Origin: a virus
Virus record (IMG/VR): IMGVR_UViG_3300027801_002517
Coordinates: 32,001-96,000 of that record
Strand: one strand, 5' to 3'
Length of the DNA: 64,000 nt
Shown piece after piece: positions 29,527-38,698 of this stretch (positions are counted from its first letter, which is position 1; each line of letters starts with the position of its first letter). The notes under the pieces were generated by a model, which saw only the letters and a program-made list of their open reading frames with translations, was not told the origin of the DNA and searched no databases. A program made the translations under genes and the position numbers.

Positions 29527-30392
29527 AACTGTTCCTCTAAGCTTTTAACCTTATTGGCTTCGTCTGTACATTCAATAGCCTTTAATAGTCTAATAGTTCT
29601 ATTAAAACATGTGTGCTTACGTTTGATTTGTCCTTTTATAGCCTCGGAAATGTTATCAGCTTCTTGCTCGTGGAACAATGTTGCTAAAATTTTGTTCAAA
29701 GTTTCTTTTTGATTGTCTGGAACCTGTAGTATAGTGGAGGGACATCTAAAAGTAGCTTCAAAAAATAATTGAGAAAACACAACATGTAAATCGTCAACCA
29801 GTAAAGCTTTACTATATCTGTCAACTATACTGATAAAACTCGAAATGTCAATATTAAAATCAAAATCTTTTTCATCAGTTCCAATTCCTATTGTGTGATA
29901 TGATTCTTCCTTGTCTGTAAAACTTTTAATTGTATCTGTGCTACCACTCGTAACAATGCAGGTTGGTAAATTGAATGGTGTAACTTCTTGTTTAGGGACA
30001 AAAATATCCAATCCTGGTAGTATGTTAATCAATTTGGTCTGTGATTTATTTAATGGACTCATTAACTCGTGAGTGTTTGTAAACAATAATTTTGATTTAA
30101 TTTTTCTTGATGTAAATTCTTGTTCAATCTGATTAATCATTTGATTATCTGCACCTGTGATATTCAAAACCACCTCAATATTACTGCCACTTAAATATTT
30201 CATAATGTCTTGTGTAATGAACCGAAAGTGAGTCAGGAAAACATCTGGGCTGGTGGCATCGAAAATATCAAATGTACTAATATTCTTATCAGCCCAAAAC
30301 ACTGCATCACATTTAGACTCAACCATACACCTATGTAAATACAATGATTCAGTAGAAAGAGGTGTTGAATAATTTTGTAGTAACATTTTCAT
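29523..30392 (-). CDS. Hypothetical protein, degenerate GT-B-like
   Basis: C-terminal KHTCFNR resembles the HT..R end of GT1_2-like proteins. Confidence 0.4.
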   Translation of the reverse strand: MKMLLQNYSTPLSTESLYLHRCMVESKCDAVFWADKNISTFDIFDATSPDVFLTHFRFITQDIMKYLSGSNIEVVLNITGADNQMINQIEQEFTSRKIKSKLLFTNTHELMSPLNKSQTKLINILPGLDIFVPKQEVTPFNLPTCIVTSGSTDTIKSFTDKEESYHTIGIGTDEKDFDFNIDISSFISIVDRYSKALLVDDLHVVFSQLFFEATFRCPSTILQVPDNQKETLNKILATLFHEQEADNISEAIKGQIKRKHTCFNRTIRLLKAIECTDEANKVKSLEEQL

Positions 30393-31138
30393 AATTTTGT
30401 GGTCTTTCTTAAAACCTTGATGTTATCAATTTTTCTTATTGGTTTATTTACAGTATTTGGTTGAATATTTAAAGTCTTTTTTTTACATAATTCATTAATT
30501 GCCTCAAACATAAACTTGTTTTTATATTCTGTTGTAGATACAATTTTGTAAAAGGCATCTATTAAATTTAAATCGTTCAGATATAGAATTTCCGTCCAAT
30601 ATTTACTCTTTATTCCTAACGACAATCTTTGTAACTTTTGTTGTCTTTCTTCTATAATTCCTATTTCGAAGTTGGAATCATCTATTTGATTTTGTACAAC
30701 AACACAAGAACTGTTTAAATCCATCATATCTAAATGTGATGAATAAAACAAAACTCCTCCACCAAAAAAAATAATCTTATCATTCATTATTGTATTCAAG
30801 CACAGTCTGATACTTTCGCAACAATTCGAGTTGTAATACATTTGATTTTCAACAACTTTGATATTTACATTTGAGAATTTGCTTTTCAAAAAATGTACAA
30901 TTTTTATAGATTCAAATCCAACACAAACAATAATTTCAAAATTCTGGAAGCTCGCTTTAATGCTTTCTATTTGTTTCTCTAGAACTGTTTTTCCGTTCTC
31001 CATCTTTAGCATAGAGATTGGTCCATAACTTTTCATCCTATATCCATGATTTTCACCCAGCAAGACTACGGTCATAAAGTCTTTTTTCTTGGCAGTCTTC
31101 CCTTTTTTCGGACTAGTAATGAAATTCTTATTTCTCAT
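30389..31138 (-). CDS. Nucleotidyltransferase-like protein with degenerate motifs
   Basis: LLGENHGYRMKSYGPISML versus the LAAGxGxRM..PK consensus; VCVGF, VENQ.Y..SN. Confidence 0.6.
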   Translation of the reverse strand: MRNKNFITSPKKGKTAKKKDFMTVVLLGENHGYRMKSYGPISMLKMENGKTVLEKQIESIKASFQNFEIIVCVGFESIKIVHFLKSKFSNVNIKVVENQMYYNSNCCESIRLCLNTIMNDKIIFFGGGVLFYSSHLDMMDLNSSCVVVQNQIDDSNFEIGIIEERQQKLQRLSLGIKSKYWTEILYLNDLNLIDAFYKIVSTTEYKNKFMFEAINELCKKKTLNIQPNTVNKPIRKIDNIKVLRKTTKL

Positions 31139-31896
31139 AAATTTTTAACCATATTATTCAATTCAGCGATAGTTTCAATTTCTTGAATTGTCTTGTTGAA
31201 ATCATTGTGTTTTAAATACTCATTATTAATAGCTGAAAATAACGAACAAGTTATATTCCCCTGTTTGAAGATTATATTCTTATCTAAATCATAATTAAGT
31301 GATGTATCTATTTTAGAGAATAGATCAGGATTGATAATGTCTCCAGCATGTAGTTTACTTAAATAGTTACTACCATACAAATTGGAAAAACAACTGAAAT
31401 CACGAACTCGTGCTTCTTTAACCCCTGTCAAAACTAATCGAGAATTTTTAAATCCATTATTAATTAATGCGTTAGTAAGATGTGCCATTTTTGATACATC
31501 TTTAGTTGTGAATGAACTGATAATTACTTTTATTTTATCGGGTGGATATTGAGTGTCTAAAATTGAGCTGATAGTTTTTTCTACTTTATCGGGAGTACCT
31601 TCGTCGTATATGGCTATCCCGAAAGTAGGCTTAATTTCATTCTGTGCCTCTTCAAGTGTAATTTCAGTGTCTTCATCCCTATATAGATTACAAAGCCGTG
31701 TGAGTCCATATAGTGTGCCTGTGGCTTCTCTAACAACCAAGCACTCTTGACGTTCTTTAAAACTTTTTATTCTTTTACCCCTACAACCTATCTGTAAATT
31801 ACCAATATGCTCACCTTCAAGTTTTTTAGCAAATTTACAACCCTTACAGGTCATAGCCACTTTATCGTTCTGCGGTGATTTCATAATATATACCAT
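31135..31896 (-). CDS. Hypothetical protein, Cys-rich N-terminus plus degenerate GT2-like region
   Basis: CKGCKF...C...C; KTISSILDTQYPPDKIKVII. Confidence 0.45.
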   Translation of the reverse strand: MVYIMKSPQNDKVAMTCKGCKFAKKLEGEHIGNLQIGCRGKRIKSFKERQECLVVREATGTLYGLTRLCNLYRDEDTEITLEEAQNEIKPTFGIAIYDEGTPDKVEKTISSILDTQYPPDKIKVIISSFTTKDVSKMAHLTNALINNGFKNSRLVLTGVKEARVRDFSCFSNLYGSNYLSKLHAGDIINPDLFSKIDTSLNYDLDKNIIFKQGNITCSLFSAINNEYLKHNDFNKTIQEIETIAELNNMVKNL

Positions 31897-32275
31897 TAAT
31901 TTGAGTAGTTATAACTTTTAAATCAAGTTGGGATATCATATCTGCAGTTTGTGTTACATCTGACATAGACTTACAATTTGCAACTACTTCGGATGCATCT
32001 TCAAGGGAAATAAGGTTATTAATAACACTCGTATTAAACATTCTTAAATCAACACCTCCAATTACTATTTTACCACCTATTCTTATCTTTTTTCTTAAAC
32101 TTGATAGACAAACGGTAATATTCCTATATTCAAATTGATTGAGGATTTTACTTGCCAATATAAATTCACATTCATTATCTGACATATCAGCAAAATCAAT
32201 CCCTTGATCTTTCACTAAAATTTTTCTATATCCTTCTAATGCCTCTTCAGATTCTGATACGATATTAATTTTCAT
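31862..32275 (-). CDS. Degenerate methyltransferase-like protein
   Basis: DNECEFILA...KKIRIGGKIVI; lacks the GxG motif. Confidence 0.45.
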   Translation of the reverse strand: MKINIVSESEEALEGYRKILVKDQGIDFADMSDNECEFILASKILNQFEYRNITVCLSSLRKKIRIGGKIVIGGVDLRMFNTSVINNLISLEDASEVVANCKSMSDVTQTADMISQLDLKVITTQINGIYYEITAER

Positions 32276-33282
32276 TATTTTATAACTCCATAAGCTACAT
32301 CAAAAACTTCATTCCAGTTGTTAATAAACTTTTGTTCCGAGAAATTTGTTAGTATAGTACCACGAGCTTCAGCACCCATTTTATTTCTAAGCTCTTCATC
32401 CTCTAACAATTGCTTACAATATCCTCTTAGTTCTTCTTCGTCGTTAGACATAAATCCATTGACACCATGTTCTATAATTTCTGGAATCATACATGTAGCC
32501 GTTGTTACAATTGCACAACCACAAGACATAGCTTCTAACAACGCCGTTGGAACTGGACTGATAGTCGATGTGTTTAAGAATACCTGAGAGGTAGCATATT
32601 CTTTAGCTAACTCTTTTACTGAAGGTGCAGGCTCACTCAAACCTTCTGTTTTACCAACAATTTTAGTTTGAAATGCTCGACCTTCATCGGTAATTCTGAC
32701 ATAACCTTGCCAGTTACAACAATAATCTCTATTGATCCAATCATTAACAACACTCAGTACATGCGGTTGTTTTTTTTGTTCATCAGATTGGTTTGGGTGA
32801 AACAAATCAGTATCAACTGAATGATGAATAACACGAGTACTTACTGCGTCCATATTCCATTTGTTAACAGAATAATCAGAAATGAAAACATTTATATCAC
32901 CTTGTTGTTTTTTAAATGCTTCCAGTTGTTCATTGGGCCAACTCGGAATTGGTAGAGTGTGCTCTAAAGAAACTAACGGTAACTTGAATATTGAATTAAT
33001 ATTTTGAGATATACCAAATTGACCAAATTTGCTTTGAGAAATTATAAAATCATAATCAATTCCAGCTTGTATAGAATTTTGTGGCATTACATAGTGATTG
33101 TCCGGCATATCTCCATAAGATTTATCCCACTCTTTTCCACCATCATGTCTAAAGATGTAAAAGTTATGACCTGTCTTTGCCAGTTGGGTCTGATACCTTT
33201 CATGTGTATCAAACGTGATGATATTATATTTATCTTTCTTTTTGATGGACTTATTGATAAATTGTAATGTTTGATTACTCAC
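32275..33282 (-). CDS. GT4 glycosyltransferase
   Basis: VDTDLF, FLNTS..SPVPTALLEAMSCG, EIIEHGVNG. Confidence 0.85.
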   Translation of the reverse strand: MSNQTLQFINKSIKKKDKYNIITFDTHERYQTQLAKTGHNFYIFRHDGGKEWDKSYGDMPDNHYVMPQNSIQAGIDYDFIISQSKFGQFGISQNINSIFKLPLVSLEHTLPIPSWPNEQLEAFKKQQGDINVFISDYSVNKWNMDAVSTRVIHHSVDTDLFHPNQSDEQKKQPHVLSVVNDWINRDYCCNWQGYVRITDEGRAFQTKIVGKTEGLSEPAPSVKELAKEYATSQVFLNTSTISPVPTALLEAMSCGCAIVTTATCMIPEIIEHGVNGFMSNDEEELRGYCKQLLEDEELRNKMGAEARGTILTNFSEQKFINNWNEVFDVAYGVIK

Positions 33283-34405
33283 TTAACAGTCCTTTCATTT
33301 GCTGACCAATTTTCTCATAAGAGAACAGTTTAACTTGCTCTAACCCAGCGAGTTTCCACTTTCTTTTAGTTCCGATAGGATCTTCTTTATGTTCTTCGTA
33401 TTTACTTCTCATTGCTTGTCGTGTCTGCATTTCGCATGGTTGGAACCAGTACTCTCTGCCTGTAAATAAATCTGGGAATGCTGCATCAGAACATTTACAA
33501 ACAGAGTAAGATCCACCAACCAGTGTGCCAGAATCTTCATTTATAAATTCTTTAGGTCCACCATAATCACTACAGATAGGACTAGAGCCAAATCCCATAG
33601 CATCAAATGATGGCAATGACCATGCTTCCCCATGACTAGGACAAACAAAACAATCAGCATATTGGTGTAAGGCACAAATATGATCGTCGTCTATATTATC
33701 TGAAATAATGATGTTTGTATGGTACTGAGATGGATGGGCATACATTCTAAGGTCTTGTTGTACCTTGCCTATAATACCATCAATTACTTCTTTGCATTGA
33801 TCAGGATTGTGTCCAAACTTTTTAACCTTTAAAATTAATGATACAGGTTCTGATCTATCAAATTCACTATGAAAACAAGTGATAATTGATTCTAAATTTT
33901 TTCTGTCATTAATATCGCCAATATAATAAAACTTAAATGTGCTTTCTGGAATAGGCAAATTAAGCTCTTGATATTTTTTTGTATATCTGGATGCAGAACA
34001 TGGATGTGGTACTACATGTATATCGGTAGTTATTCCATCATTAATGAGAGATTTTTTCAAATCATTGTTAGGCACCCATAATTCGTCCATCTGTTTTAAT
34101 TGCTGTAGCCAACCGATATATTTTAGGCTTGTTGATTCTGAAACAAAATAGGCGATGCTCTTCTTAAAAGCTTTACCTCCAACTAAATGGTGAGGTAAAA
34201 CATGTTGAATACAAATATCACATCCACTACTATCCTTCTGTTCCAATTCAAGTAATCTGGGATGTATATTAGGATTGTCTTGAGTTAGCGTGACGTTGCG
34301 ACAAACAACATCGACTCCAGCATTATCCAGAGCCAATACATGCTCTTTCGCTGCAACTGACCATCCGCTGTTTTCTTTGTAGTGTGCAATATATAAAATT
34401 TTCAT
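33275..34405 (-). CDS. GT4 glycosyltransferase
   Basis: RKNL, DCFVCPSHGEAWSLPSFDAMGFG. Confidence 0.85.
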   Translation of the reverse strand: MKILYIAHYKENSGWSVAAKEHVLALDNAGVDVVCRNVTLTQDNPNIHPRLLELEQKDSSGCDICIQHVLPHHLVGGKAFKKSIAYFVSESTSLKYIGWLQQLKQMDELWVPNNDLKKSLINDGITTDIHVVPHPCSASRYTKKYQELNLPIPESTFKFYYIGDINDRKNLESIITCFHSEFDRSEPVSLILKVKKFGHNPDQCKEVIDGIIGKVQQDLRMYAHPSQYHTNIIISDNIDDDHICALHQYADCFVCPSHGEAWSLPSFDAMGFGSSPICSDYGGPKEFINEDSGTLVGGSYSVCKCSDAAFPDLFTGREYWFQPCEMQTRQAMRSKYEEHKEDPIGTKRKWKLAGLEQVKLFSYEKIGQQMKGLLSE

Positions 34406-36102
34406 TCTTTTATAATACCTCTCTGTTTCATTGCGTCAAATCTCCTGTGTTCCCATTGATTTCTTCTATTGCATTGTCCTTTCATTTGGTCATATGCTAT
34501 ATTGAAATCAAATGATTCTCTAGCACCTGTTCCAGCAAATGCTTGTGAAGATTCATTGAAGTACATACCACCAGTAGAGGCAGTTGAAGATTTATACATC
34601 AAATCTCTTGTTAATCTGGCTTCAAAGAAAGTATTAAGTTTTGATGGATCACCTAAGACCTCAACAATTAACCATCGAGCAAGTTCTGCGTGGGGGATTT
34701 GCGGGACTTGTTCTGGTTTTGGTTTGGACTCATGTATTTTTGGTTGTGATGCCCATGTAGCTTCAATTGGTAGTAATTCAACACTATCAAAATACGCTTC
34801 CCATTTAGCTCCGCTTAGATGCCACTGATAATGTTTTTCAAAATTTTCTCTGATTTTAGTGCCTATGGCAACTCTTTCTTCTTCACTTTTCTCAAAGAAT
34901 TCTTCAAACATTTGTGCTGCCAAATCATTATCTGGAACTGCTCTTAAGCAACCAGTTTCCAATTCCTTATAAAGAGCGGCTGGCTTAATAGGAAAGCCTT
35001 CCAGCTTACGTAGTACCGACTCCATAGCAGAATAATCTGTACCCATAACGGGAACACCACAAGCAGCAGCTTCGACTTGTGGTAAACCAAATCCTTCACA
35101 ATTTGCATACTGCACATAAAGATCAAAATAATTCATAATCTGTGATAGATCTTCATACGAAGCACCATTTTTCACGTTAGATAATGTTGCTCCCCATTTT
35201 TTAGTATACGGAGATTGGGCGATGGCACCTTTAAAAACAGATGGGAATGGCTTCTTCGTGTCAGGGCATATGTACGTAAATAGTACATGAGAAGCCAATT
35301 CATACTGCTGAAGCAATTCTGGAATATCCCATCCTAAATCTGGATAGGAAGTATGACAATACAAATAGCATGGGTCTGTATATCCTTTGGCTACTTGTAA
35401 ATCTAAAAACTTCCTAAACGCAGCAAAAAGGTCCGGGTATAATTTCCTCCGTTGATTTCGCATCACTGTGCCGATAATCTTAGAACTAACGTCTAGACCA
35501 TTATCTAGTCTAAGTTGACGTTTGTCCTCAAAGGGCTTATAAGCCGGGTGTGCGGATGGAGGAGCACTGCCAAGATAATTAATCTTTCCTCCGGACTGAT
35601 CTTTTAAGATACCACCTGCCCAATCCGAATACGTAAAACATGCATCTGCATTTTCATAACTAGCAATCCATTGTCTAGCCTGGGGTCTTGCGTCTACTGT
35701 AGGCATAATAGCCCACTTAAAATAATCCCTGAAAGGAGACCTTTCAGCAAAATCTAACATCCAAAAATCTCGAATGTCACAAACAACATCTGGCAAAAAA
35801 TCTAAACACACATGTTCAAATATCCATTCACCAAATTGATTGACTCCATTAGAATTATATGCATCTATTTCTTCTTGAGCCGCTTTTGGTTCTGATTGTT
35901 GGTTTGGCATAACGCCATAATATTGCCAAGGTATATTTGCAGAACGGGGATCATTACGCTCACCGTAAGCAGCCATCTCTGCAATCTCATACTTGCCTGT
36001 GCCATGCAAATAATTCAATATTTCTCTTGTATATGTAGCATAACCAGTATTTAAAAATGTAGCTTCACTACAAAACAAAATTCTTTTTTTTCTCATATTC
36101 AA
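34402..36102 (-). CDS. GT4 glycosyltransferase (large)
   Basis: TGY, MRNQRRK, EGFGLPQVEAAACGVP. Confidence 0.85.
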   Translation of the reverse strand: MNMRKKRILFCSEATFLNTGYATYTREILNYLHGTGKYEIAEMAAYGERNDPRSANIPWQYYGVMPNQQSEPKAAQEEIDAYNSNGVNQFGEWIFEHVCLDFLPDVVCDIRDFWMLDFAERSPFRDYFKWAIMPTVDARPQARQWIASYENADACFTYSDWAGGILKDQSGGKINYLGSAPPSAHPAYKPFEDKRQLRLDNGLDVSSKIIGTVMRNQRRKLYPDLFAAFRKFLDLQVAKGYTDPCYLYCHTSYPDLGWDIPELLQQYELASHVLFTYICPDTKKPFPSVFKGAIAQSPYTKKWGATLSNVKNGASYEDLSQIMNYFDLYVQYANCEGFGLPQVEAAACGVPVMGTDYSAMESVLRKLEGFPIKPAALYKELETGCLRAVPDNDLAAQMFEEFFEKSEEERVAIGTKIRENFEKHYQWHLSGAKWEAYFDSVELLPIEATWASQPKIHESKPKPEQVPQIPHAELARWLIVEVLGDPSKLNTFFEARLTRDLMYKSSTASTGGMYFNESSQAFAGTGARESFDFNIAYDQMKGQCNRRNQWEHRRFDAMKQRGIIKE

Positions 36103-36410
36103 TCCTGATCAAGACATGCAAAGTCAAATTCATTAATCCTAAATACTATAAAATCATCGTCTCCTGAAACATGTCTAGCAGAGCAATTGACAGTAATTTT
36201 TGTGTCTTTTTTGCCGAGTTTAGCAATTGTTTCGGCACCAGTGTGCCATGCTTCGCAATCAAGATAAACAGGAGTCCTATTCTTTTCCCCGGTACTCTTA
36301 CTTCTTCTGTAGTTATATACCACGATTCTCAGATCTAAAAAGCTAATACCATCAACGCTTCCTAATACTGGATCATCAGTGATATATCCAGTAAATGTAC
36401 ATATATTCAT
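36099..36410 (-). CDS. ssb: Single-stranded DNA-binding protein (short OB fold)
   Basis: MNICTFTGYITDDP...YLDCEAW..AETIAK..KK. Confidence 0.7.
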   Translation of the reverse strand: MNICTFTGYITDDPVLGSVDGISFLDLRIVVYNYRRSKSTGEKNRTPVYLDCEAWHTGAETIAKLGKKDTKITVNCSARHVSGDDDFIVFRINEFDFACLDQD

Positions 36411-36427
36411 ATCTCCCCCTTTAGTCT

Positions 36428-36456
36428 ATTATAGATTTCAAATCCTGAATTAGCAA
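36428..36456 (-). promoter_or_regulatory. Sigma70-type promoter for ssb and the glycan operon
   Basis: TTGCTA-17 bp-TATAAT on the - strand, followed by a GGGGGAG SD. Confidence 0.65.
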
Positions 36457-38028
36457 TTAAATTTCATGAATTTTATCGATAATAAAGGAATTATCTTTGT
36501 TATCTATTTTTCCGTGAAACAGAAGGTTATTTCCCTCATAAAGTATAAACTGGTATTTGTCTCTTGCTTCTGGAAATACAATGACATTATCCATTAAGCA
36601 AGACTCATCTTCTATACTAAGGAAACACATTGTTTTACCTTCTGATTTACCCTTTTTGATTGTATGATTATTCAGCCTATTGATATTTGCCGCAATAGAA
36701 ATATCTTTACCAGTTTTCCCGTTGAGAATATCTTTACAACTTGTATTACCCAAGGATGTATCAGACGACTCTACTTTAGATAGTGATATCGGACATCCCA
36801 AAAACTTAATCTCTTGCTCAATGATCCAACTTGGATCATCCGCTAAATCATATGGAGGATTTATAAGAAGTTCAATTTCACCCTCAACGATTTGGCTTCT
36901 ATTCATATTATGGCATCCACCACCATTCTTTTTTGTCGGATGTAACTCCTTAAAGCACTGACTTAAAGTCTTCCAGTGTTTCCGCTCATAATTTGTAGTT
37001 ACCCACTTCATTTCTGACTTAGTTAATTCTTTATAGATCAGATACTCATACAATGCCCTGTTTCTTGATACTCCAGTGGATTTCATAGAGAAAAACCCAA
37101 TAGAACATAAAGATTTAAATGCAGTAGAATTTATTTTACCAGCTATATAAATAAGGACATCCATCCAAGTGAATTGTTTTACAGATTTTCCACTTTCTTC
37201 TTCAGCTTGCTTTATACATTCAATAACTTTATCACCTGTAACACCTGTTAGAGACTTGATATCTTTAATTCCAAAGTAAATATATTTTCCATCTATATTA
37301 AACTTTGAGCTAAACTTTGATAAGTTTGGCAACTTGATTTCAATATTGAACAACTTAGCTTCTGAAATTAATTCATACACTTCTTCATGAGGATCTTGTT
37401 TTTCCGAAGCATAAAACAGATATGACAGGAAAAATTCTTTAGTATAATTTGCTTTATACCAAGCACTCTCATAAGCATTGATAGCATATGATACAGCATG
37501 AGATTTATTAAATGAATATCGTGCGGACTTTTCAATCCATCCAAATATCTCCTTAGCAGATTCTTCACTGACCATACCTACTTCTTTACAACCATCCATA
37601 AACTTGACACGAACCTTTGCCATCAAGTCTGCCTTCTTCTTACCGATAGCCTTACGTAAGTCGTCAGCTTCTTGTAGATTGAACCCAGCGAGCTTTTGGG
37701 CTATTCTCATCGCTTGTTCTTGATACACCAGAACACCATGAGTAGAACCAAGAATACTTTCTAATGCATCATCAATATACGATACTTTATCCTTACCCTT
37801 CTTGCGATCAACATAGTGCTGAGTCATGGATTTGCCCTCAGACATAGCCTTAAGGGTTCCGGGACGAATGATACTAATCAATGCTGCTAACTCTTCAATA
37901 TTAGTTGGCTCAAGACGCTTAGACCATGATCGTCCCAGTTGACTTTCTAACTGGAAGATACCCTTAGTATATCCATCTTTAAATAGATTCCAAGTTTTTT
38001 CATCTTTGTAATCGACTTCAATTGACAT
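36457..38028 (-). CDS. dnaE: DNA polymerase III alpha, C-terminal half (fingers, HhH, OB fold)
   Basis: GIFQLES, IRPG, LVYQEQAM, ADDLRKAIGKKK, YSFNKSH, C-terminal OB fold; likely start MSIEV at 38028. Confidence 0.9.
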   Translation of the reverse strand: MSIEVDYKDEKTWNLFKDGYTKGIFQLESQLGRSWSKRLEPTNIEELAALISIIRPGTLKAMSEGKSMTQHYVDRKKGKDKVSYIDDALESILGSTHGVLVYQEQAMRIAQKLAGFNLQEADDLRKAIGKKKADLMAKVRVKFMDGCKEVGMVSEESAKEIFGWIEKSARYSFNKSHAVSYAINAYESAWYKANYTKEFFLSYLFYASEKQDPHEEVYELISEAKLFNIEIKLPNLSKFSSKFNIDGKYIYFGIKDIKSLTGVTGDKVIECIKQAEEESGKSVKQFTWMDVLIYIAGKINSTAFKSLCSIGFFSMKSTGVSRNRALYEYLIYKELTKSEMKWVTTNYERKHWKTLSQCFKELHPTKKNGGGCHNMNRSQIVEGEIELLINPPYDLADDPSWIIEQEIKFLGCPISLSKVESSDTSLGNTSCKDILNGKTGKDISIAANINRLNNHTIKKGKSEGKTMCFLSIEDESCLMDNVIVFPEARDKYQFILYEGNNLLFHGKIDNKDNSFIIDKIHEI

Positions 38029-38698
38029 ACAGGTCTCCATCGGCAAATGCTTGCTCAATCTTTAAATTACGATAAACAGCACGGTGAGTTTTCATAAACT
38101 TAATCATAATGTTAGCAGTATCTTTAACGTCTTGTAAGGCATCGTGAGAATTTTCTGAAGATAGTCCCATTCTTTCTCTCATCGCATCCATACTAATAGA
38201 CTTAATACTAGGGTCACCTTCAGTCCACATCCACACATTATCCATTACATCAATTTTATATACCATACTAAACAGTTTTTGTTGTTCTCTTTTATCATCC
38301 CAAGGTCCGAACTCCTTACACAATCTATTAATAATGTGCATATCGTAACCGATAATATTAAATCCTGCTGGAATGGGTGCAAAGAATGGAGTACCCTTCC
38401 AGTTATACTTATCAACAAAGGCACAAAACTTTTTCCAAACAGTTTTCAGTTGTGGTGCTTTAGCAATTCCTTCTCGCGTCTTGCCGGTAACTTTTAGGGC
38501 ACCTTCTTCAATTGGTCCAAGACCTGCGGCAATAGCCTTGTCGTCATCCACAACTGCACGTATTTCACTATTGAATGTTCCTTTCAACTTCAGATTACGA
38601 CCATCAAGTGCGATGGCAGCGAGTTGTGTTGGCTGACAAGTATGTGGATTACGTCCACCTGTTTCAAAGTCATAGACGATGATATCGCGATTAGCCAT
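38018..38698 (-). CDS. dnaQ: DEDDh 3'-5' exonuclease (DnaQ/epsilon-like)
   Basis: YDFETGG, GFNIIGYD, SHDALQD. Confidence 0.85.
   Translation of the reverse strand: MANRDIIVYDFETGGRNPHTCQPTQLAAIALDGRNLKLKGTFNSEIRAVVDDDKAIAAGLGPIEEGALKVTGKTREGIAKAPQLKTVWKKFCAFVDKYNWKGTPFFAPIPAGFNIIGYDMHIINRLCKEFGPWDDKREQQKLFSMVYKIDVMDNVWMWTEGDPSIKSISMDAMRERMGLSSENSHDALQDVKDTANIMIKFMKTHRAVYRNLKIEQAFADGDLYVN

Noticed and set aside
12262-36102. Bacterial chromosomal O-antigen or capsule locus
   Set aside because: Flanked by phage-type structural and replication genes, and lacks wzx/wzy/wzm/wzt and an initiating transferase.
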